A DNA stretch of 64,000 nucleotides from an uncultured Planctomycetales bacterium (GTDB lineage Bacteria > Omnitrophota > Gorgyraeia > Gygaellales > Profunditerraquicolaceae). Below are positions 46,264-56,210 of this stretch, piece by piece. The stretch spans positions 23,650 to 87,649 of the forward strand of contig CAZRVK010000006.1 of assembly GCA_964603585.1 (NCBI GenBank), given 5' to 3'. Within the stretch, counting starts at the first letter, position 1. The number at the start of each line of letters is the position of its first letter. A model generated the notes under the pieces. That model made no database searches. It worked only from the letters and a program-made list of their open reading frames with translations, and had not been told where the DNA came from. Both the position numbers and the translations under genes were made by a program.

Positions 46264-47301
46264 ATGCATATGGCTGATGCCTTGCTCTCTCCGGCTGTCG
46301 GAGGAAGTATGTGGGCAGTAAGCGCAGGACTCATTGCTTATAGCGCTAAAAAAGTTAAAGAAGAAGTAAATGAGCGTAAAATCCCACTGATGGGAGTTTT
46401 AGGTGCATTTATTTTTGCCGCACAGATGATCAATTTCAGTATCCCGGCTACCGGATCCAGCGGACATTTAGGGGGGGGGATGATCCTTGCAGTCTTACTC
46501 GGGCCGTATGCTTCTTTTTTGGTTATGGCTTCGGTGTTGGTAGTTCAGGCGCTTTTTTTTGCTGATGGCGGGCTTTTGGCTTTAGGCTGTAATATATTTA
46601 ACCTGGGTTTTTTTCCGTGTTTTGTGGCTTATCCATTGATCTATTGTAAAATAGCCAAAGATAACCCTACCCAGGCAAGGATAATGGCTGGTTCTTTAAT
46701 TGCCGGCATTATCGGTTTGCAACTGGGAGCCTTTAGCGTAGTCTTGGAAACTGTGTTTTCCGGGATATCGGATTTGCCTTTTCATGCTTTCGTATTTTTA
46801 ATGCAGCCGATCCATCTGGCGATCGGTATCGTAGAAGGATTGGTTACTGCTGCGGTAGTTATTTTTGTTTGGAAAGCGCGTCCGGAGGTTTTAATTTCTG
46901 CCGAGCGGGCAGTTCCAATAGGCAAAGTTAAAATGAAAAAAGTGATCCTGGGGTTATTGCTGGCTGCTGTTTTTGTTGGAGGGGGATTGAGTTGGTTTGC
47001 TTCCGCCAATCCCGATGGCCTGGAATGGGCGATGTTCAAGGCTTCTGGGAAAGAGGAATTGGAGAATCATGAGCCGATACATATGGCATTAGCGGATATT
47101 CAGAAAAAGACCGCCTTTCTTCCGGATTACGGTTTTAAACCGGGGGAATCTATTGCGAATGAGTCCGCAATTTCTGCACAGGTGGCATGGCCGGCAGTTG
47201 ATGCGGCAACTTCTGTATCTGGATTGATCGGAGGGGCTTTGACCCTGGCAATAGTTATTTTAATCGGTTTGGGACTTAAGCGCCGTAAGGCCGTATTTTA
47301 A
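46264..47301 (+). CDS. nikM: ECF-transporter substrate-specific component CbiM/NikM with C-terminal PDGLE domain
   Basis: N-terminal MHMAD, CbiM-like TM core, then extra TM + NPDGLEW motif; Ni assignment inferred from adjacent nikR. Confidence 0.7.
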   Translation: MHMADALLSPAVGGSMWAVSAGLIAYSAKKVKEEVNERKIPLMGVLGAFIFAAQMINFSIPATGSSGHLGGGMILAVLLGPYASFLVMASVLVVQALFFADGGLLALGCNIFNLGFFPCFVAYPLIYCKIAKDNPTQARIMAGSLIAGIIGLQLGAFSVVLETVFSGISDLPFHAFVFLMQPIHLAIGIVEGLVTAAVVIFVWKARPEVLISAERAVPIGKVKMKKVILGLLLAAVFVGGGLSWFASANPDGLEWAMFKASGKEELENHEPIHMALADIQKKTAFLPDYGFKPGESIANESAISAQVAWPAVDAATSVSGLIGGALTLAIVILIGLGLKRRKAVF

Positions 47302-47339
47302 AATGACGGAACCACAAAGCTTTATTACGGAATTACAAT

Positions 47340-48152
47340 ATGAATGATATCATCCGGAATTCGTTTGATATTGGGTATATGGAAGATTTATCCAGCCGGG
47401 ATAGTTTTTTGCATCGTCTGGACGCCAGAGCAAAATTAATAACTACTTTAGCGTTTATCTCAATAGTTGTTTCTTTTAACAAATATACGCTTTCCGCGCT
47501 GGTTCCATTCTTTGTTTATCCAGTTGTTTTGATCTCTCTTGGCGGCCTGCCCTTCGGGTATTTTGCCAGAAAAATACTGGTTATTTCCCCGTTTGCCGTT
47601 TTGGTCGGTATTTTTAATCCTTTTATTGACCGGGATATACTTTTTTTTATCGGGCCTATCGGTATTTCCGGAGGCTGGGTATCGTTTTTATCGATCATCT
47701 TGAGGTTTATCTTAACAGTGAGCGCGGCGCTTGTTTTGGTATCTTTGACCGGGTTTAATTCGGTATGCGCGGCGCTGATGAAGTTAGGCCTGCCGAAGCC
47801 GTTTGTAGTCCAGCTTTTATTTTTTTACCGTTATATTTTCGTTTTAACGGATGAATCAGAGCGGATGTTTAGGGCTTATTGTCTGCGTTCGTTTAATTCC
47901 GGGGCGGTTGGTTTTAAGTTCTTTGTTTCATTGATCGGGAATTTATTATTACGCACTTTTGACCGCGCGGAACGTATTTACCGTGCCATGTGCTGCCGCG
48001 GTTTTGACGGGCATATCCGTGTTTTGCAGGAGATGAAGGCCAAAGTTACAGATATTGGTTTTATTATCTCCTGGGTGTTTTTATTTATCTTGTTTCGGCT
48101 TTTCAATCTACCGCTTATCTTCGGAAGATTTATTAACGGATTGGTGCAATGA
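47340..48152 (+). CDS. nikQ: ECF-transporter transmembrane (T) component CbiQ/NikQ
   Basis: 270 aa polytopic membrane protein between M and ATPase components; conserved Arg-rich cytoplasmic loop. Confidence 0.6.
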   Translation: MNDIIRNSFDIGYMEDLSSRDSFLHRLDARAKLITTLAFISIVVSFNKYTLSALVPFFVYPVVLISLGGLPFGYFARKILVISPFAVLVGIFNPFIDRDILFFIGPIGISGGWVSFLSIILRFILTVSAALVLVSLTGFNSVCAALMKLGLPKPFVVQLLFFYRYIFVLTDESERMFRAYCLRSFNSGAVGFKFFVSLIGNLLLRTFDRAERIYRAMCCRGFDGHIRVLQEMKAKVTDIGFIISWVFLFILFRLFNLPLIFGRFINGLVQ

Positions 48153-48898
48153 GCCACCATATAATCGAGGCTAATGGCCTGTATTTTAAGTATCCTGACG
48201 GGAAGATTGCACTGGATGGAGTATCTTTGCGTATATCGCATGGAGAGTCAGTGGCTCTTGTCGGAGCTAACGGTGCCGGCAAGTCAACGCTTTTACTGCA
48301 TTTTAACGGATATTTAATGCCGGAGGAAGGGACAGTGCATATTGGTGAGGCATTGCTTACCAGAAAGAATCTGCATTTGGTGCGTCGCAGTGTGGGAATG
48401 GTATTCCAGAACCCGGATGACCAGCTGTTTATGCCTACGGTATTTGAAGATGTGGCCTTTGGCCCGGTAAACCTTGGGTTAACTAAAACAGAGGTCCAGG
48501 ATAAGGTTCTTGAGGCATTAAAGGTTACAGGGGTTGAGCATTTAAGTAAGAGACCCCCCTATAAGCTTTCACAGGGGGAGAAAAGGGCGGTTTCGATTGC
48601 TGCGGTTTTAGCGGTATCTCCGGATATCCTGGTAATGGATGAGCCGACATCCAGCCTTGACCCGCGTTCAAGGAGGCAACTAATTGAATTGTTAAGGGTC
48701 TTTCGTCATTCCAAGATAATCGCAACTCATGATTTAGATATGGCCGCGGAACTTTGTGAGCGGACAATTGTTTTGCATAAAGGCAAGGTAGTCGCTGACG
48801 GCCTAACGCAGGAGATCTTTCATGACGAAAGCTTGCTAAAGAGCTGCGGTCTTGAAAAACCATTGAGTATGCAAGGATGCCCTGTATGTTCTAAATAA
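48149..48898 (+). CDS. nikO: ECF-transporter ATPase CbiO/NikO
   Basis: Walker A GANGAGKST, signature LSQGEKRAV, Walker B ILVMDEPTS. Confidence 0.8.
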   Translation: MSHHIIEANGLYFKYPDGKIALDGVSLRISHGESVALVGANGAGKSTLLLHFNGYLMPEEGTVHIGEALLTRKNLHLVRRSVGMVFQNPDDQLFMPTVFEDVAFGPVNLGLTKTEVQDKVLEALKVTGVEHLSKRPPYKLSQGEKRAVSIAAVLAVSPDILVMDEPTSSLDPRSRRQLIELLRVFRHSKIIATHDLDMAAELCERTIVLHKGKVVADGLTQEIFHDESLLKSCGLEKPLSMQGCPVCSK

Positions 48899-48905
48899 AG
48901 GGAAA

Positions 48906-48963
48906 AAATAAAGGGGACGTTTCTATTTTTCTTGAAATAAAGGGGACGTTTCTATTTTTCTTG
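48906..48963 (+). repeat. Exact 29-bp tandem direct repeat x2 (AAATAAAGGGGACGTTTCTATTTTTCTTG) downstream of nikO
   Basis: Seen directly; a partial third copy (AAATAAAGGG) overlaps the nikO stop codon. Confidence 0.7.
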
Positions 48964-49146
48964 TAGGTTGTGCTGTGTTTCTTTGCAATTTATAGAAAAA
49001 ATAATTTGCGCCAGAGGCAAATAAGTGATTTAATATATTTAAAAGAAACTGTATAAAAAGGCTTTTACTGATTTAGCCCTTTCGATGCCTGCCTGGTAAA
49101 GGCTGGACTGTCTATAATAATCTTATAAGAAACGAAAGAGAATTTA

Positions 49147-49881
49147 ATGCCCAAAGTTAATTTACGTATTCAACTGCTGGAAATGAGCCAAAACCCGATT
49201 TCTTTGATCTATGCTGCCTGCCGGCAATGTTATTCACAGGAGTTTGCCGGAGATATCTTTAACAATCCCGCTGCTGATTTAAAGAAACAAGAGGCTTTTG
49301 TGCGCAAGGTTGTAGCCAGCGGGCATGAAAGCCCTCTGGAACATGTGAAATTCAGTTTTGCCGTAGAAGGCGTATCCAGGGCGCTTACGCATCAATTGGT
49401 CCGGCACCGGGTTGCTTCTTATTCCCAGCAGAGCCAGAGGTATGTAAAGGAAAAAGATTTCGATTATATCATTCCTCCTTCTATTGAGCGTAATCCGGAA
49501 GCTCAAAAAAGTTTTGTTAATTTGATGGCCCAAATACAGGAAGGTTATACGAAATTAATTCAGCTTATGTCCGGTGATAAAATAGAGGGGGAGACGGCAA
49601 ATCAGGATGCGCGGTTTGTGTTGCCGCAAGCTTCCGAAACAAAGATCGTGGTTACGATGAATTGCCGTGAGTTACTGCATTTTTTTAAGCATCGCTGCTG
49701 CAAGCGGGCGCAATGGGAGATACGCGAGCTTGCCAATCAGATGCTTGAGATTTGTAAGGAAAAACTGCCTGCGGTATTTCTGGATGCAGGATCAAAATGT
49801 GTTTCTTTGGGGTATTGCCCGGAAGGAGAGAATTTCTGCTGTGGTAGATATCCGGTTAAGGAGAATGTTATTATAAGATGA
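49147..49881 (+). CDS. thyX: Flavin-dependent thymidylate synthase
   Basis: RHRVASYSQQSQRY ThyX motif (RHRxxxxxxxSxR). Confidence 0.85.
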   Translation: MPKVNLRIQLLEMSQNPISLIYAACRQCYSQEFAGDIFNNPAADLKKQEAFVRKVVASGHESPLEHVKFSFAVEGVSRALTHQLVRHRVASYSQQSQRYVKEKDFDYIIPPSIERNPEAQKSFVNLMAQIQEGYTKLIQLMSGDKIEGETANQDARFVLPQASETKIVVTMNCRELLHFFKHRCCKRAQWEIRELANQMLEICKEKLPAVFLDAGSKCVSLGYCPEGENFCCGRYPVKENVIIR

Positions 49882-50981
49882 CACATGAAGCAAATAATCC
49901 CGCGGGATTAAGAAAAACTCCGCTATATCCAGAGCATATATCAAGGGGTGCAAAAATGTCCCCTTTTGGGGGATGGTTTATGCCGATACAATATGACGGT
50001 ATCTTGGTTGAACATGCGCATACCAGAAATGAGGTCTCGGTATTTGATATTTGTCATATGGGGGAGTTTATATTGGATGGGGACCCGGTTCTAAGCGGGC
50101 TTGACCGGATTGTTACGCAAAGTATCGTTTCAATGCCTCAAGGTTCATGCCGGTATGGGTTTATGCTTGATCCTCATGGAGGCGTTCTTGATGATTTGGT
50201 AGTTTACCGGATGAAGAAGGATTCCTGGATGCTGGTAGTTAACGCTGCAACCATCGCCTCTGATGAAGAGCATTTACGAAAGAATCTTTCTTTAAATTGC
50301 AATATTCAGAATGTTTCCGAGAATTTAGGCAAATTAGATATCCAGGGGCCTAAGTCAATGGATTTACTTAAAGGCCTTTTCGGCAGGGGGGTAAGCGAAC
50401 TTGCGTATTACACCTTTGCTGAATTTACTTTTGGTAAGGAAAGATGTATAATAAGCCGTACGGGTTATACCGGAGAGTTGGGGTATGAGATATATGTCCC
50501 GGCTGCGCGCGTAAAAGATCTCTGGGAAGCTATACTTAAAGATAAGCGGACAAAGCCTGCGGGTTTGGGGTGCCGGGATACTTTGCGGCTTGAGGTGGGG
50601 TATCCTCTTTATGGCCAGGACCTTGATCTAGAACATACTCCTATTGCGGCCGGGTTCAGTAAATTCGTGGATTTTTCGAAGGATTTTATAGGCAGAGAGG
50701 TTTTATTACTTGAATTAAAAAATGGCCCGAAGGAACGGCTGATTTGTTTTAGGTCTGAAACCCGGCGCGCCATCCGGCATGGTTTCGCTATTTTTGATCA
50801 AGATAAGCCGGTCGGAACGGTTACCAGCGGGTCTTTTTCTCCGAGCCTCTGTGTGAGCATTGGAATGGGATATGTTTCGGGTAATTATAAGGCTGGGGAT
50901 AAGCTGCTGATTAAGGATGGCTTAACGCAAATTCCGGTTGAAATTGTGAACAAGCCAATTTACCATAAACCGTCAGTATAA
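49878..50981 (+). CDS. gcvT: Glycine cleavage system T protein (aminomethyltransferase)
   Basis: LYPEH...GAKM..FGGW.MP.QY N-terminal signature, 367 aa. Confidence 0.85.
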   Translation: MTHEANNPAGLRKTPLYPEHISRGAKMSPFGGWFMPIQYDGILVEHAHTRNEVSVFDICHMGEFILDGDPVLSGLDRIVTQSIVSMPQGSCRYGFMLDPHGGVLDDLVVYRMKKDSWMLVVNAATIASDEEHLRKNLSLNCNIQNVSENLGKLDIQGPKSMDLLKGLFGRGVSELAYYTFAEFTFGKERCIISRTGYTGELGYEIYVPAARVKDLWEAILKDKRTKPAGLGCRDTLRLEVGYPLYGQDLDLEHTPIAAGFSKFVDFSKDFIGREVLLLELKNGPKERLICFRSETRRAIRHGFAIFDQDKPVGTVTSGSFSPSLCVSIGMGYVSGNYKAGDKLLIKDGLTQIPVEIVNKPIYHKPSV

Positions 50982-50997
50982 TTTGGAGGGATGATTT

Positions 50998-51387
50998 ATG
51001 AATATTCCAGGGGATCTTTTTTATACCAAGGACCATGAGTGGGCGCGGATCGAAGGGGATAAAGCCTATGTAGGTATTACCGATTATGCCCAATCATCTC
51101 TGGGGGATATTACTTTTGTCGAATTACCCAAGCTGGGTGATATCTTATCTCAAGCAAAGTGCTGTGCGACTGTCGAATCGGTCAAGGCGGCGTCGGATGT
51201 GTTTTCTCCTTTTTCCGGCAAGGTTATTGCGGTTAATTCAGAGCTTACCGCTCATCCGGAACTCGTAAATAAATTACCTTATAAAGAAGGGTATTTTTTT
51301 GTTCTTGAGTTTTCCAATGAAACAGAGAAGGCTAATCTTATGGATGCTAAGAGTTATCAAACTTATGTGGAAGGCCTTGCCAAATGA
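50998..51387 (+). CDS. gcvH: Glycine cleavage system H protein
   Basis: YTKDHEW....GITDYAQ and lipoyl-Lys context ESVKAASD. Confidence 0.85.
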   Translation: MNIPGDLFYTKDHEWARIEGDKAYVGITDYAQSSLGDITFVELPKLGDILSQAKCCATVESVKAASDVFSPFSGKVIAVNSELTAHPELVNKLPYKEGYFFVLEFSNETEKANLMDAKSYQTYVEGLAK

Positions 51388-52715
51388 GTTATATCCCGCA
51401 TACCGAAGAGGATATTAAAGAGATGCTTAAGACCATCGGGATCTCCAGTATCGATGAGCTGTTCCAGGATATTCCGGCAGAACTTAGGCCGAAATCATTT
51501 AATATCCCGGAGGCTAAATCGGAATTCGAAGTAACCCAGTCTTTGCATAAGCTTGCCGCTAAGAATGCCACGCATTTGATCAATTTCGTGGGTGCCGGAT
51601 TCTATGACCATTTTATTCCGGCGGCAGTGGATGCGATAGTCAACCGTCCGGAGTTTTATACGGCTTATACCCCGTATCAGCCGGAATGCTCTCAAGGATG
51701 GCTGCAGGCGATATACGAGTATCAGACGACTATTTGCGAGCTTACCGGGTTAGATGTGGCAAATGCTTCTTTGTATGACGGAGGCACGGCTCTTTATGAA
51801 GCGGCGATGATGGCGATCAGGCTTACTGGCCGCAATAAGATCATCATGGATAGCGGGGTGAGTTTGATTTACCGCACAATGCTTTATACGTATACTTCCA
51901 ACCTTTCTGTGGAATTTATCGAGATACCTGTTGTACACGGCCAAAGTTCCCGCCAAGAGCTTTCTAAACACCTGGATGATAAGACCGCGGCTGTTATTTT
52001 GCAAAACCCGAATTTTTTCGGGGCAGTCGATGACCATAGCGATGTCGTTGAGAGGGTGCATCGTGTGGGGGCGTTGGCGATTGCGTCGGTCTATCCGGTT
52101 TCTTTAGGCATGTTAAAGACCCCGCAGGAGATGGGGTTTGATATTGCTACCGGCGAAGGGCAAAGCTTGGGGATCCCGCTTTCTTTTGGCGGGCCATATT
52201 TGGGTTTTATGGCGGCTAAAAAAGAATTAGTGCGGCAGATCCCGGGCAGGATCGTGGGGGCAACGGTTGACAGTGACGGCAAGCGGGGGTTTGTTTTAAC
52301 TCTGCAGACACGAGAACAGCATATCCGCAGGGAAAAGGCAACTTCCAATATTTGTTCTAATGAGGCCCTTTGTGCTTTACGTGCGGTGGTTTTTTCCGCG
52401 CTTTTAGGCCGGCAGGGATTGAAGGAACTGGCAGAGCATAATTATCAGAAATCCGAATATGCAAAGGAAGTTTTATCGCGTATTCCGGGGGTAGAGGTTA
52501 AACGCAGCTCTCCAACTTTCAATGAGTTTACGGTATTTCTTCCCAAGGCCGCGGATGAAGTTGTATACCGCATGGTCGATAAGGGGTTTGCCTGTGGTTT
52601 TCCTCTGGGCAGGTTTTATAAAGGCATGGATAATTACCTTTTGATCGCGGTTACGGAAAAAAGAAGTAAAGAAGAGATCGGTTTATTGGCAAGCAGTCTG
52701 GAGTCTGTACTATGA
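51384..52715 (+). CDS. gcvPA: Glycine dehydrogenase (decarboxylating) subunit 1
   Basis: MSYIPHTEEDIKEML N-terminus, FLGAGFYDH, 443 aa. Confidence 0.85.
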   Translation: MSYIPHTEEDIKEMLKTIGISSIDELFQDIPAELRPKSFNIPEAKSEFEVTQSLHKLAAKNATHLINFVGAGFYDHFIPAAVDAIVNRPEFYTAYTPYQPECSQGWLQAIYEYQTTICELTGLDVANASLYDGGTALYEAAMMAIRLTGRNKIIMDSGVSLIYRTMLYTYTSNLSVEFIEIPVVHGQSSRQELSKHLDDKTAAVILQNPNFFGAVDDHSDVVERVHRVGALAIASVYPVSLGMLKTPQEMGFDIATGEGQSLGIPLSFGGPYLGFMAAKKELVRQIPGRIVGATVDSDGKRGFVLTLQTREQHIRREKATSNICSNEALCALRAVVFSALLGRQGLKELAEHNYQKSEYAKEVLSRIPGVEVKRSSPTFNEFTVFLPKAADEVVYRMVDKGFACGFPLGRFYKGMDNYLLIAVTEKRSKEEIGLLASSLESVL

Positions 52716-54160
52716 AACTCATTTTCGAGAAACACAAAGCAAACAGGCGTGGGTTTGTTTATGCCGCAGCGGATGTCCCGGAGGCTAAACCTCTGGCAAA
52801 AAAATATTGCCGTAATAGTGATACGCATCTGGCAAGCATAAGCGAATTAGATGTAATCCGCCATTATACAAATCTTTCCCGGCTTAATTTCTCGGTGGAC
52901 ACGAATTTTTATCCTCTTGGGTCATGCACAATGAAATATAATCCGAAGTTTACCGAGCGAATTGCGGCTTTTGAAGGGTTTTCCCAAGTGCACCCTTTAT
53001 TGCCGCAATTGTCCGGAGGCGGGATGCTGGCACAAGGCTCGCTTGAAGTTTTATATGAATCAGAAAGGCTGCTTTCAGAGATTACCGGAATGAGCGCTTT
53101 CACCATGCAGCCTTTAGCCGGAGCCCACGGGGAGCTGACCGGGGTTATGTTGATTGCTGCTTACCATAAAGATAAAGGTGATAGGAGAAAGTATGTTATT
53201 ATCCCGGATTCTTCACACGGAACTAATCCTGCCAGTGCGGCAATTGCCGGCTACCAGGTAATAGTCATTCCTACCGGTGCAGATGGCTATATGAATTTAG
53301 ATGAATATAAAAAGCATTTAACTACGGAAGTTGCGGCAGTGATGCTTACTTGTCCGGATACCCTGGGTATTTTCAATCCGCGTATAAAAGAGATCACCGA
53401 TCTGGCGCACCAGGTAGGGGCTTTGATGTATTATGACGGCGCAAATCTGAATGCAATGTTAGGCAAGTGCCGGCCTGCGGATATAGGTTTCGATGTGGTG
53501 CATATTAATTTACATAAAACCTTTGCTACTCCGCATGGGGGAGGAGGCCCGGGATCTGGCCCGGTTGGGGTCGGAGAACGCTTAGTAGATTTCCTTCCGA
53601 TCCCACGGGTTATCCGCAGGAACGACGGGACATTTACCCTGGATTATCACCGCCATAAATCAATAGGCTATATTGCGCCTTTTTATGGCAATTTCGGCGT
53701 GATCCTTAAAGCCTATGCATATATGCTGCATTTAGGCAAAACCGGATTGATCAAGGCTGCGGAGGCCGCGGTTTTAAATGCCAATTATTGCCGCGCCAGG
53801 CTCAAAGAATATTATGATTCGGCTTTTAATAAGAACTGTATGCATGAATGTGTGTTTTCTGCCTCCCGCCAGGCAAAAAACGGCGTGCATGCTTTGGATA
53901 TCGCTAAATTCCTGATCGATAAAGGCTATCATCCTCCTACTATATATTTTCCTCTTATAGTAAAAGAGGCTTTGATGATCGAGCCTACGGAGACAGAGTC
54001 CAAAGAAACGCTTGATGAATTCATTGAAGTAATGATTGAAATCGCCCGCCTGGCTAAGGACAATCCTGCAGCAGTTACTCAATCTCCACAACACACACCT
54101 GTCAAGCGCCTTGATGAGACAAAAGCCGCGCGTGAACCTAATTTGCGCTGGCAGCCGTAA
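52712..54160 (+). CDS. gcvPB: Glycine dehydrogenase (decarboxylating) subunit 2
   Basis: LIFEKHKANRRG N-terminus, PLP-Lys region HINLHKTF, 482 aa. Confidence 0.85.
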   Translation: MKLIFEKHKANRRGFVYAAADVPEAKPLAKKYCRNSDTHLASISELDVIRHYTNLSRLNFSVDTNFYPLGSCTMKYNPKFTERIAAFEGFSQVHPLLPQLSGGGMLAQGSLEVLYESERLLSEITGMSAFTMQPLAGAHGELTGVMLIAAYHKDKGDRRKYVIIPDSSHGTNPASAAIAGYQVIVIPTGADGYMNLDEYKKHLTTEVAAVMLTCPDTLGIFNPRIKEITDLAHQVGALMYYDGANLNAMLGKCRPADIGFDVVHINLHKTFATPHGGGGPGSGPVGVGERLVDFLPIPRVIRRNDGTFTLDYHRHKSIGYIAPFYGNFGVILKAYAYMLHLGKTGLIKAAEAAVLNANYCRARLKEYYDSAFNKNCMHECVFSASRQAKNGVHALDIAKFLIDKGYHPPTIYFPLIVKEALMIEPTETESKETLDEFIEVMIEIARLAKDNPAAVTQSPQHTPVKRLDETKAAREPNLRWQP

Positions 54161-54173
54161 TAACTTGGGAAAA

Positions 54174-54920
54174 ATGAAGACCTTTAGGCTTATCTGTTCC
54201 AGAGAGGCGAGTGCCGGATATAATATGTCTCTGGATAAGGCGATCTTACAACGGTATCTATGTGACGGTAATCCGGTTTTTCGTATATATTATTGGGGAT
54301 CACCTTCGTTTACTTATGGGGTCTCGCAAGATCCTGGGATGGGTCTCGATCTTGAGAAATGCAGAAAAGACGGTATCGAGTTTGCCAGGAGAATGACCTC
54401 CGGTGGGATACTTTTTCATCATCAGGAGATAACATACAGCCTGGTATGCAATAAAGAGGATGTTGGCGAACCGCAAGGGGTTTTTGTTTCCTACCGGCAG
54501 ATATGCGCATTTCTCATCCGGTTTTACAGATCATTGGGGATCAGTGCTTATTTTGCCCTTGAAGATAAAGGGTTTCTCGGCCGGTCATATCCAAACACAC
54601 TTTGCAGTGCATCGCATGAGAAATACGATATTGTTATTGGCTCGAAAAAAATCGGTGGGAATGCACAAAAACGCAAGAGAGAGGTTATTTTTCAGCATGG
54701 CGCTATACCCATTTCGGTTAATTGGGATTTTGTGCGGCGATACGCTTTAGGTTTACCGCCAGATATATCCGAAAGTGTCACAACTCTTTCAGAAGTATTG
54801 CCGGTTTTACCGCAAAGGCCGGTATTAGAGCAGATGTTAGTCGATGCGTTTAAGAAGGCATTTAATGTTTCTTTTATCGAAAGCGATGAATCAGATTACC
54901 AAGCCAGTTTGGTTAAATAA
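54174..54920 (+). CDS. Lipoate-protein ligase / octanoyltransferase family protein (BPL/LPL catalytic domain)
   Basis: GSKKIGGNAQKR catalytic-Lys region; placed between gcvPB and lipA; start moved to ATG 54174 after gcvPB stop. Confidence 0.6.
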   Translation: MKTFRLICSREASAGYNMSLDKAILQRYLCDGNPVFRIYYWGSPSFTYGVSQDPGMGLDLEKCRKDGIEFARRMTSGGILFHHQEITYSLVCNKEDVGEPQGVFVSYRQICAFLIRFYRSLGISAYFALEDKGFLGRSYPNTLCSASHEKYDIVIGSKKIGGNAQKRKREVIFQHGAIPISVNWDFVRRYALGLPPDISESVTTLSEVLPVLPQRPVLEQMLVDAFKKAFNVSFIESDESDYQASLVK

Positions 54921-55734
54921 GAAGATAAGCCTGAAGGAATGTTCCCGGATGAAGCAACTTCTCCGTGGACTGCGGGTTGAAACTGTTTGTGAACAGGCAA
55001 TGTGCCCGAATATCGGGGAATGTTTCGCGCATAATCAGGCGACATTCCTGATTTTAGGAAGGCATTGTACCCGCCTGTGCAGTTTTTGCAATATTGAAAA
55101 AGCTAAACCGCATTTGCCGGATCCGGATGAGCCAAGGCATGTTGCCTGCGCCGTAGAAAAGCTTTGCCTTAAGCATGTGGTTATTACCAGTGTTACCCGG
55201 GATGATTTAGCTGATGGAGGAGCAGGGGCATTTGCCGAGGTAGTCTGGCATCTCCGCGCCAGGACACCGCAGGTTACCATTGAACTTTTAGTCCCTGATT
55301 TTAAGCTTTCTTTAGAGGCAGTGCAGGTTGTTGTCGGGGCATCTCCGGATATCCTGGCGCATAACTTAGAAACCGTGCCTTCTCTCTATAACAAGGTGCG
55401 TCAGGGTGCGCAGTATTTGCGCTCACTTAATTTACTGCGCCTTATAAAAGAGAGTGATCCTCGCCTTAAAACAAAGTCCGGGCTTATGCTTGGTCTGGGT
55501 GAAACGAAAAATGAGGTTTATTCGGTAATGAAAGATTTGCGTTCGGCAGGATGCGATTTCTTGAGCATTGGGCAGTATCTTGCTCCGAGTAAGAACCACT
55601 ATCCGGTGCAAGATTATATTCCTCCGGAGGTTTTTTCCTGGTATAAACAAGAGGCCTTGAACCTGGGTTTCCTGCATGTTGAAAGCTCGCCGTATGTCCG
55701 GAGTTCTTATATGTCCGGCGCATATTTAAAATAG
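54886..55734 (+). CDS. lipA: Lipoyl synthase
   Basis: CEQAMCPNIGEC auxiliary cluster motif and radical SAM CTRLCSFC; KPVWL N-terminal region like E. coli LipA KPEWM; start ambiguous (54886 vs 54949). Confidence 0.8.
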   Translation: MNQITKPVWLNKKISLKECSRMKQLLRGLRVETVCEQAMCPNIGECFAHNQATFLILGRHCTRLCSFCNIEKAKPHLPDPDEPRHVACAVEKLCLKHVVITSVTRDDLADGGAGAFAEVVWHLRARTPQVTIELLVPDFKLSLEAVQVVVGASPDILAHNLETVPSLYNKVRQGAQYLRSLNLLRLIKESDPRLKTKSGLMLGLGETKNEVYSVMKDLRSAGCDFLSIGQYLAPSKNHYPVQDYIPPEVFSWYKQEALNLGFLHVESSPYVRSSYMSGAYLK

Positions 55735-55756
55735 TTTTAAATCCTGGAGGGTAGAG

Positions 55757-56068
55757 ATGGGAAAAGTAATTTGTAAAGGGCTTACGGGTAATCGAAAGTT
55801 CAAGCGTCTGGCCGGGGTGCATGGGCAGGTGCATGGTTTAAAGGCAGGTTTGGTAGTTTTAAAAAGCAAGGAATCGGTAGGATCGCACACGACTGGGCAT
55901 AAGGAAGAAGCGATCCTGATCTTAAAAGGCAGGGCAAAGATTTCGTATGGCGCAAAGTCTATGAATGCGAAAGAAAACACATTTATTTATATACCTCAAA
56001 ACACCCATCATGATATCGAAAACATAAGCCGCGGCCAGTTGAAATACGTATATATAACTGTCGCTTAG
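55757..56068 (+). CDS. Small cupin-domain protein
   Basis: 103 aa, two His-containing beta motifs (GSHTTGHKEE, THHDIEN), strong GGAGGG RBS. Confidence 0.4.
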   Translation: MGKVICKGLTGNRKFKRLAGVHGQVHGLKAGLVVLKSKESVGSHTTGHKEEAILILKGRAKISYGAKSMNAKENTFIYIPQNTHHDIENISRGQLKYVYITVA

Positions 56069-56210
56069 CAATCGGTGTCGATGTTATTTCACTCCAACCC
56101 TAACGATCTTTTCGTTTTCCTTTATCCGAAACCGCTTTCGTGTTATAATAAATTACCTATAGATGCTTAGCTTTAAATCGGGATATTGCAACCTCCAATA
56201 AGATTAGACG

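Noticed and set aside
48906-48963. 29-bp direct repeats considered as a possible CRISPR fragment
   Set aside because: The two copies are directly adjacent with no spacer. There are no further spaced copies, and no cas genes in the window.
49000-49146. thyX promoter
   Set aside because: A TATAAT hexamer is present at about 49113-49118, but no convincing -35 sits at 16-18 nt spacing, so it is not listed as a feature.
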